Shown: positions 16,598 through 22,930 of the stretch, in pieces
Layout of the letters: the number at the start of each line of letters is the position of its first letter
Position numbering within the stretch: the first letter of the stretch is position 1
Assembly (NCBI GenBank): GCA_963677445.2
Contig: CAXXGF010000007.1
Span: 1 to 24,000, forward strand
Length of the DNA: 24,000 nt
Reading direction: 5' to 3'
Source of the DNA: Melioribacteraceae bacterium
GTDB taxonomy: Bacteria; Bacteroidota; Ignavibacteria; Ignavibacteriales; Melioribacteraceae
The notes under the pieces: model-generated
What the model was told of the DNA's origin: nothing
The model's database searches: none
What the model saw: only the letters and a program-made list of their open reading frames with translations
Translations under genes and position numbers: made by a program

Positions 16598-16947
16598 GAA
16601 ATTATCCTGATTATCATTAAAATCTTTGCAATCCTGTTCTTTCTTTGCGCGCTTTGCGTATTCTTTTCCTTCGCGGCCTTTGCGTGGAATTTTTACCCCG
16701 GGAAAACGAAAAACGAATGCGATACCGAACCCGATACCGATTTTCATCACGCAATCTTTAAATCCTCTAATCATGGTTCAGGGATTGGCGGTTTGGATTG
16801 TTCAGAAACTGTCAGCCATCTCTCTATGCGCTATTTGGGCTAAAGCCCTTCCCGGTATGTTGAGTTTTTCCGCAAATCACCGGCCTGAAGGCGCGGTGTT
16901 ATTATCGTTGTGCCCCTTGTGCCTTCTTTGTGTCCCATGTGGTCAGG
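16598..16947 (+). repeat. Mosaic intergenic repeat, copy B (most complete)
   Basis: It aligns along nearly its whole length with 19365-19690 (copy C), in its 5' half with 17413-17536 (copy D), and in inverted orientation with 2097-2327 (copy A). Confidence 0.9.
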
Positions 16948-17005
16948 AAAAAAAGTATTAAGGTGAAGGCGATTTGTACGAAGGAATTTCGAAATGCTGA
17001 CAATA

Positions 17006-17236
17006 TTAAGCTACATTCTTTGATATCTGCAATAGTTTTGCCTGGGCGGATTCCAGGATTGAGTCTCTTAAAAACAAACTTGCGTTAATAATCTCAATGC
17101 CAATTAGTTCGCCCGACTCATTTAGTTCGGCTGTAATATTGGGGCTTATTTCAACACTGCCGGATTCCTTTTCATCAGTTATTGCCAGATGCAAAATGTC
17201 CTCTTTTTCAAAATATTTTAATTTCGGATCACTCAT
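17006..17236 (-). CDS. DUF2283-family small protein (putative antitoxin-like component; no partner gene present)
   Basis: MSDPKLKYFEKEDILHLAITDEKESGSVEISPNITAELNESGELIGIEIINAS matches the DUF2283 pattern (Y-x-x-E-x-D-x-L-x-I ... G-x-L-x-GIEI-x-x-AS). Confidence 0.7.
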   Translation of the reverse strand: MSDPKLKYFEKEDILHLAITDEKESGSVEISPNITAELNESGELIGIEIINASLFLRDSILESAQAKLLQISKNVA

Positions 17237-17412
17237 ATTTATATCTTCCGCTTTTTATTCTGCTATTTATTCGCATCTGCATCACTCATTCGCGGATATA
17301 ACAACCATCGAATTTTTTCAAAAATATTGTTATTAACACCATTTTGTAATTCCTATAAATAATAACCATTTTTTTTCGAAGCCGCAAGGGAATATTTCAC
17401 CTCGGGAATCAA

Positions 17413-17536
17413 TCTTTTCCTTCGCGGCCTTTGCGTGGAATTTTACCCCGGGAAAACGAAAAATGATTGCGATACCGATACCGAACCCGATACCGATTAT
17501 TTTATCAGGCAATCCCTCAATCCTTGTCATTCAGAA
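17413..17536 (+). repeat. Mosaic intergenic repeat, copy D (5' half only)
   Basis: tcttttccttcgcggcctttgcgtggaattttaccccgggaaaacgaaaaatgattgcgataccgataccgaacccgataccgatt is near-identical to 16663-16745 of copy B. Similarity fades across the last codons and stop of the KilA-N gene. Confidence 0.85.
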
Positions 17537-18328
17537 TTTTCACAGAACTATCCTGTAACAAAATCCGCATTTGCCCGATAGCTATTTGATTCAGTTTCTG
17601 CAGGCGTTCGCTTTGCGGCATTCTTTCATCAATAAAAACCGCATTCAGGTTTTCAAGGTTAGCCAGGCAAACCAATTGAGTTACATTGGCATAGTCGCGA
17701 ATATTGCCTTGTTTATCCGGATTCTCATCACGGTATTGTTTAGCTGTTTTTCCAAACAGGGCCATGTTCAACACATCGGCTTCGCTGGCATAAACCAGGT
17801 TTATTTGCTGTATGTTAAGGTTTTGTGGTATTAAATTCCCCTTAATGGCATCGGTATGTATTCGGTAGTTTATTTTGGTAAGTTGGCGTTTTATATTCCA
17901 TTCCAGTTCTTTCGATTCTGTTTCCTTCAGGCGTTGGAATTCAATTACCAAATAAATCTTGAACTCTGCGCTAATCCACATCCCAAATTCAAATGCAATA
18001 TCCTTGTGTGCATAAGTGCCACCATATCGTCCCGCTTTTGCCGTTAAACCAATAGCATTTGTTTTTTTAACCCATTCTTTAACACTTATTTTGTAACTAT
18101 TTAATCCTGCCTGACTTTTAATTGTGGCGAATTCGCCATAATTAAAATTGGGATTATGGATTCTTTCCCAAATGCCCAAATACTCGAGGGTATTTCTGTT
18201 TCTTAACCAATCAGAAATAAAAAATCACCATCTTTTGATTTTAACATATCGGTTAAAGAGATAAAGTCATCAGGTGTGATTGTAATTGTATTGTCAAGCA
18301 CTCTAATTTTTTTATACTGTTTACTCAT
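17517..18328 (-). pseudogene. KilA-N domain protein, split by a 1-nt deletion in an A6/T6 run
   Basis: The C-terminal ORF (17517-18179 and its open frame up to 18224) reads FFISDWLRNRNTLEYLGIWERIHNPNF...GRYGGTYAHKDIAFEFGMWISAEFKIYL...INYRIHTDAIK, which is KilA-N-family-like. The N-terminal 41 codons, MSKQYKKIRVLDNTITITPDDFISLTDMLKSKDGDF, start at 18328 in another frame. Adding one A to the run at 18219-18224 fuses them into a ~270-aa protein. Confidence 0.75.
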
Positions 18329-18659
18329 ATTTATATCTTCCCCTTTTTATCCGGTAGTTCAGTATTCTCGGGTTCTTTTGAAGCAATTCCAACAGCACTT
18401 TGGTTGAGCCGGAGGGTGTTCTTTTTCCCTGTTCCCACTGTTTAACCGAAGATGAGCTTACATTCAATAATTTAGCGAATACACTCTGACTTAAATTTAC
18501 TTTCGCGCGGATATCGCGGATATCCCTCGCCTCCATTTTCACTTCGGGAATTTTCACTCCGAGTTCATTTAATTCTTTTCCGGTAAATGATGTTTGAAAC
18601 CCGTGATTGATTAAATCCTGAACTGTATCACCAATGGCGTGTTTGACTTTTTCTCTCAT
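18321..18659 (-). CDS. XRE/HTH-type antitoxin (YiaG/NadS-like) of a toxin-first TA pair
   Basis: The HTH segment is IRDIRAKVNLSQSVFAKLLNVSSSSVKQWEQGKRTPSGSTKVLLELL. Its ATG overlaps the reconstructed toxin stop (ATGA at 18656-18659), and its stop region overlaps the KilA-N ATG. Confidence 0.75.
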   Translation of the reverse strand: MREKVKHAIGDTVQDLINHGFQTSFTGKELNELGVKIPEVKMEARDIRDIRAKVNLSQSVFAKLLNVSSSSVKQWEQGKRTPSGSTKVLLELLQKNPRILNYRIKRGRYKYE

Positions 18660-19047
18660 ATTCCTTCCTTAAGACTAATAAAGCTGCCGCTTTTAATAAG
18701 CTGCAAATATTTGTCATTTTCTATTCGTAATAAATCACCGGCCAATTTCTTAAAGTATTTTAGTTCCTCTCCATCCAGATTATCCTTTTCCGATTAGAAA
18801 AACCATAAACAAAAATTGCCATATCATTTTCTTTATAAACAATTATTGTTCTGAATCCTTTGCTTTTGCCATGACCTTTTCCGGGTGCGCGGACTTTAAA
18901 TAATCCACCACCCAGGTTTGCAGTGTTCAAATTCTCAGCCAAATCAGTAGTGTTTCTTAACAGGATTTCATCTGAAACTGAATTTTTATCAGCCCATTTG
19001 ATAAACCATTTTGTTTTTAACCTTAGTATAGATTTAATATAACACAT
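18656..19047 (-). pseudogene. RelE/ParE-superfamily toxin (KTKWF...GGG..K.R...GKSGG(F/Y)R type), frameshifted
   Basis: LKTKWFIKWADKNSVSDEILL...ANLGGGLFKVRAPGKGHGKSKGFRTIIVYKENDMAIFVYGFS matches this toxin family. The ORF-track frame ends prematurely (NRKRIIWMERN*). Inserting one base in the T4 run at 18786-18789 restores NRKKDNLDGEELKYFKKLAGDLLRIENDKYLQLIKSGSFISLKEGI*, which ends in an ATGA overlap with the antitoxin. Confidence 0.7.
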
Positions 19048-19364
19048 TGTGATATACTAAATCAAGTTCTTTCTGAAAAAAGTCAGTTATAAAAAATCAG
19101 AGTGAGAATAGGAGTAATAAGTTTGAAAACGGTTATCAGGGGATAAGTGATAAAATTGGATTTATTCTTTTTTCTCGGGCTCAGCGTAAGGTTTTTACGG
19201 GAGGTTTTGTGGGACACGGGGGACTTTGGGTCGGTGAGTTTTGATTATTGAAAATATTTTTTAGTTCGGATGGAGGGACAATGAAAAAACAACTGTCGTC
19301 CGGGTCGTCATAGTCCCGCAGAACTTTTAATATCCAGGGGAAAAGCAAAAGCTATATCAATACC

Positions 19365-19842
19365 GAATTTTTATCCTGCTTATCTATACAATCCTGGTAA
19401 TCCTGTTTTTCTTTGCGCGCTTTGCGTATTCTTTTCCTTTGCGGCCTTTGCGTGGAATTTTCTCCGGAAAACAAAAAACTAATGTGATACCGATATCGAT
19501 ACCGAATTTTAATCACGCAATCCTTAAATCCTTTAATCATGGTTCAGGGATTGGCGGTTTGGGTTGTTCAGAGACTGTCAGCCATCCTTTATGTGTTTTT
19601 GAGGCTAAAGCCATTCCCGGGATGTTGAGTTTTTCCGCAAATCACCGGCCTAAAGGCGCGGTGTTATTATCGTTCTGTTCTTTGTGTTTCAAAAAAATCA
19701 GAGTAGGGGTATGAGTAAGAGTATGATGGCGGGGTTGGTGATTGTATGGGGTTATTCATTTTGCTTATAGGTAGTGGGTAAAAAACGATTGCGATTCAGA
19801 ATTTTTATCCTGGTAATCTATACAATCCTGTAAATCCTGTTC
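19365..19842 (+). repeat. Mosaic intergenic repeat, copy C, with extra modules, bounded by a ~43-bp direct repeat
   Basis: The core 19365-19690 aligns with copy B. It is followed by the (agagta/ggggta/tgagta) array at 19700-19729 and a G-rich segment. The direct repeats gaatttttatcctgcttatctatacaatcctggtaatcctgtt (19365-19407) and gaatttttatcctggtaatctatacaatcctgtaaatcctgtt (19799-19842) flank it. Confidence 0.9.
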
Positions 19843-19862
19843 TGTTTGGCCGGTAATGTTTT

Positions 19863-19887
19863 CCGGAGGGGGGGGAAATTTCCCCGG
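19863..19887. other. G8 run plus perfect palindrome ggggaaatttcccc at the island/core junction
   Basis: The sequence is ccggaggggggggaaatttccccgg. The 14-bp perfect palindrome at 19872-19885 is nested in ccgg...ccgg and lies 2 nt downstream of the stop of ORF 19889-20275. Confidence 0.5.
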
Positions 19888-19888
19888 A

Positions 19889-20275
19889 CTAAGCCTCGTG
19901 CTGGAGGAAGTCCAGGAAATCTTCATTATTCAGTGAGAAGAATTTTTTACAGAGTGGGAAAAGCTCCTCAAGGTAGTCAGCCTGGATATTAAACTCGGTT
20001 TCTGTCTGATTCACATAATCCACACCGGCAAGGAACATAATTTCATCTTTCCATTCGGCGCCGGCAATCCAGAATTCAAGATTATCTTTAAAGAGAGTAA
20101 GTATGGGAGAGTTGGTCTCGAGCCGGTTGGCAGTTTCCACATGCTCTTCCCATTCCAGTTCTTTAAGTTTTTCCTCAATTTCTTCCGCGGTGGCCAGACC
20201 GGTTTCTTCAGGTTCATCTTCTCTTGACGGGAGAAGCAATTCATACTTTAATTTCACAACATGTCCTTTCATCAT
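19889..20275 (-). CDS. Hypothetical acidic protein (128 aa), translationally coupled to mlaD
   Basis: Its ATG overlaps the mlaD TGA (ATGATGA at 20269-20275). I recognise no motif. It is Glu/Asp-rich with no TM segment. Confidence 0.5.
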   Translation of the reverse strand: MMKGHVVKLKYELLLPSREDEPEETGLATAEEIEEKLKELEWEEHVETANRLETNSPILTLFKDNLEFWIAGAEWKDEIMFLAGVDYVNQTETEFNIQADYLEELFPLCKKFFSLNNEDFLDFLQHEA

Positions 20276-21303
20276 TTTGTATTTTTCTTTTCCAGTTCCT
20301 TAAGCTCTTCAATCTTCTGATCAAGAATCTCATTCTGTAATTTAATTTCTTTCAGCTTCTTGTCAAGTTCTTTTTCATATTCCGATTTATCCCAGTAGCC
20401 GCGGGCTTCAAAATAATCTTTAAAAAGCCAGTTATGTTTAAGAGCCTCCATATTTTCCGAGAATCCCTCAGCGCCGTTAAAAGCCGCGCTCGAAGTTCTT
20501 ACCAGGTTATCCATCACAATTTTAACACTATCGAGCAGACTCGATTCGGTTATCAGTTTTCCAAGAACACCCCGGCCGCCTCTTACGCTGTCGACAACAA
20601 GCTGAACATCGTTAATAAGTGAATCAAGCCCGGCGATTATCTGTTCAACACTGGCTCCCGCTTCAAGCACATAAGAGCTTATCACATCAAAACGTTCGGT
20701 CATAAGATTAAGACTGGTATCGGCAGATTCGGAAACATTAACCGCGGCAAAATAGAGCCTGTCATCATTAACAAGCTTGCCAATCGTTCCGGTGCCCCGG
20801 TTAATTTTATTTACAATCTCCGAAAAATCTTTTGTTATAAGTTTGATATTGCTTATCGTGGCCTGCGATTCCCCAATTATTTCCGAAATGCTTACAGGCG
20901 GTTTCGCTTTGATAAGTCCGTTTTCACTTATCATTTCATATTCCATTGAGCCGGGAGAAACAACAATGATTTTTTTGCCCACAAGTCCTTCGGTTTCAAT
21001 TGTCGCTTCGCTATCCAGCCGGATAAGATGTTTAACACTGTTTTCAATTTTCAGGTTAACTTCAACGATGCCGGACGAATCATCAACCAGGGCGATTGCT
21101 CCCACACTTCCAATATCCATACCGCTAAGGCGCACCGGCGCTCCCGACTTTAATCCCTGAACATCGGGGAAACGGGATTTAATATTGATCGTGGTAGCAA
21201 AGAGTGATTCCTTGTTACCGATAAGAAAAATCGCGATTACAAAAAGGACTGTGCCGAGGAAAATAAATATACCCAGGCGGGCCCCTTCAAGTTGTTTAAG
21301 CAT
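20272..21303 (-). CDS. mlaD: MlaD/MCE-domain protein with a C-terminal coiled coil
   Basis: An N-terminal TM helix (LGIFIFLGTVLFVIAIFLIG) is followed by an MCE-domain pattern (FPDVQGLKSGAPVRLSGMDIGSVGAI). The C-terminus is EYEKELDKKLKEIKLQNEILDQKIEELKELEKK. Its ATG overlaps the mlaF end by 8 nt. Confidence 0.85.
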   Translation of the reverse strand: MLKQLEGARLGIFIFLGTVLFVIAIFLIGNKESLFATTINIKSRFPDVQGLKSGAPVRLSGMDIGSVGAIALVDDSSGIVEVNLKIENSVKHLIRLDSEATIETEGLVGKKIIVVSPGSMEYEMISENGLIKAKPPVSISEIIGESQATISNIKLITKDFSEIVNKINRGTGTIGKLVNDDRLYFAAVNVSESADTSLNLMTERFDVISSYVLEAGASVEQIIAGLDSLINDVQLVVDSVRGGRGVLGKLITESSLLDSVKIVMDNLVRTSSAAFNGAEGFSENMEALKHNWLFKDYFEARGYWDKSEYEKELDKKLKEIKLQNEILDQKIEELKELEKKNTK

Positions 21304-22060
21304 TTATTTCTCCCTGCTCACTTTTAATATCATCACTGAAAAAATTCATCAGGAACGGATCGCCGGTATGTTCCAGGTTGTCCATCGTTCCTTCATAATA
21401 AATATTTCCATCCTTAAGAAATATTGCCCTGTCGGCAATAATCTTTGCGCATATCAGGTCATGTGTTACCACTATAGAGGTCATATTCAGTTTCTTTTGT
21501 AAATCGAGAATAAGGCTGCTGATCTCTTTTGACGTAATAGGATCGAGTCCGGTTGTCGGTTCATCATAAAACATTATTCGCGGCTCGGTGATAATCGACC
21601 TGGCCAGTCCTATTCTTTTTCTCATTCCGCCGGAAAGTTCCGAAGGCATTTTATCAACCGCCTCTGCGAGTGAAACCATATTCAGGGCATTCATTACCTT
21701 TTTATCAACTTCGGTCTGTGTAAAGGAAAAATTTCTCTTAAGGGGGAATTCGAGATTTTCCCTTACAGTCATGGAATCATATAAAGCGGCGCTCTGGAAA
21801 AGAAAGCCTGTGCTTTTTCTGATTTCATTAAGCTCTTTAATGGATAATTTTTGTATCTCCTGGTCATAAACAAAAATCTCTCCCTCATCGGGGGAAAGCA
21901 GACCGATAATACATTTCAGAAGCACACTTTTACCGGAGCCGCTCTGGCCGAAGACAATCAGATTTTCTCCCTGCTCAACCTGCAAAGAAATCCTGTTCAG
22001 CACCACATGGCTGCCGAATGATTTCAGCAGTCCCTTTATTTTTATCAGAATGTCGGCCAT
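21296..22060 (-). CDS. mlaF: ABC transporter ATP-binding protein, MlaF-like
   Basis: It has Walker A (GQSGSGKS), an ABC signature (LSGGMRKRIGLARS) and Walker B (IMFYDEPTTGLD). The ATG at 22060 is used here. The ORF-track GTG at 22066 is an alternative. Both overlap the mlaE end. Confidence 0.9.
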   Translation of the reverse strand: MADILIKIKGLLKSFGSHVVLNRISLQVEQGENLIVFGQSGSGKSVLLKCIIGLLSPDEGEIFVYDQEIQKLSIKELNEIRKSTGFLFQSAALYDSMTVRENLEFPLKRNFSFTQTEVDKKVMNALNMVSLAEAVDKMPSELSGGMRKRIGLARSIITEPRIMFYDEPTTGLDPITSKEISSLILDLQKKLNMTSIVVTHDLICAKIIADRAIFLKDGNIYYEGTMDNLEHTGDPFLMNFFSDDIKSEQGEINA

Positions 22061-22851
22061 AACCACAGGGTAATTTTTACTAAAACTGTATCAACAAGAA
22101 GAATCAGCAGTGAGGCGGCAACAACAGATGTAGTGGAAGCGTTGCCAACTCCTTCAGTTCCTCCTTCAGCGGTATATCCTTTATATGCCCCTACTATTCC
22201 CGCTATAAAACCAAATACGAATGTTTTGGCAATACCGGGAATAAAATCCCCAAACTTAATTGCCTCAACAACCGCGTTTTTATAATATTCAAAACTCATA
22301 TTTTCTGTAATAATTACCGCGATATATCCCCCCATAAGGGCCAGAAAAACTACATAAACGGTTAATATGGGCAGTATCATTGTTGTAGCGAATACCCTTG
22401 TTACCACGAGGTACTTAAAAGGCTGAATGGCCGAAACCTCCATCGCGTCAATCTGCTCGGTAACTCTCATCGAACCCAGCTCGGCGCCAATTCCCGAACT
22501 GACCCGCCCGGTAAAAATAAGCGCGGTTATTACAGGGCCAAGCTCTCTTATTACCGAAAGCGCTACTGTTGCCGGCAAAAAATCGGACGCGCCGAAACGC
22601 TGAAATACCGGCTGCGACTGAAGCGCCAAAACCAATCCGATTATCACTCCCGTAACACTTACGATCGGGAATGTTTTCACCCCCAGCTCATTCATGTGTT
22701 TCCTTATCTCGTATATCTCATAGGGAGGAAGAAAAACTTCTTTCAAAAATTGAAAGCTGAAAATGGTCAGTCCGCTTATGGTAACAAAAAAGTTATAAAC
22801 TTTATCGCCGAATGAGGGCCTTTTTTTATGGCGGACTTTAGGCAGATTCAT
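22045..22851 (-). CDS. mlaE: ABC transporter permease, MlaE-like
   Basis: It is a multi-TM protein with the MlaE-type conserved stretch RELGPVITALIFTGRVSSGIGAELGSMRVTEQIDAMEV. The ATG at 22851 is preferred to the TTG at 22875. Confidence 0.9.
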   Translation of the reverse strand: MNLPKVRHKKRPSFGDKVYNFFVTISGLTIFSFQFLKEVFLPPYEIYEIRKHMNELGVKTFPIVSVTGVIIGLVLALQSQPVFQRFGASDFLPATVALSVIRELGPVITALIFTGRVSSGIGAELGSMRVTEQIDAMEVSAIQPFKYLVVTRVFATTMILPILTVYVVFLALMGGYIAVIITENMSFEYYKNAVVEAIKFGDFIPGIAKTFVFGFIAGIVGAYKGYTAEGGTEGVGNASTTSVVAASLLILLVDTVLVKITLWLWPTF

Positions 22852-22911
22852 GCTTAACCGTTTTAGAATTATCAAATATAGTAATTTAGCAATTCCTATT
22901 TAAATATGGTA

Positions 22912-22927
22912 TGAATAAATTTATTCA
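22912..22927. promoter_or_regulatory. Perfect 16-bp AT-rich palindrome tgaataaatttattca between yraN and mlaE
   Basis: It was read directly from the sequence. It lies 4 nt downstream of the yraN stop and about 75 nt upstream of the mlaE start. It is a candidate dimeric-regulator operator; no function has been demonstrated. Confidence 0.3.
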
Positions 22928-22930
22928 CAA

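Noticed and set aside
16586-16961. ORF-track proteins encoded on the mosaic repeats: 16586-16774 (-), 16626-16961 (+), 17333-17530 (-), 19352-19540 (-) and 19439-19714 (+), plus 1193-1387 (-) and 2474-2671 (-) on other repeats.
   Set aside because: Copies are conserved at the nucleotide level, but indels shift the reading frame between copies (GIGFGIAFVFRFPGV versus RYRYRYHISFLFSGE). The peptides are dipeptide or low-complexity artefacts of 6-bp periodic DNA, and ORFs exist on both strands of the same repeat. I treat them as non-coding.
16598-19842. Integron-like cassette array, with same-strand small genes each followed by a structured repeat resembling attC.
   Set aside because: There is no intI integrase or attI in the window. 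The repeats are far longer than attC sites and lack the R''-L''/L'-R' organisation with a GTTRRRY core. One module is a three-gene operon. Only the looser idea of repeat-mediated cassette exchange is kept, in the findings.
96-21869. Numerous 60-135-aa ORFs lying inside or antisense to the long CDSs (for example 96-461, 2658-2975, 3351-3665, 6488-6757, 8369-8826, 10011-10256, 11547-11945, 13231-13770, 14184-14585, 17571-17834, 20777-21160, 21588-21869).
   Set aside because: They are fully nested in well-supported genes with recognisable domains. They have no motifs and low-complexity or odd composition, which is typical of shadow ORFs.
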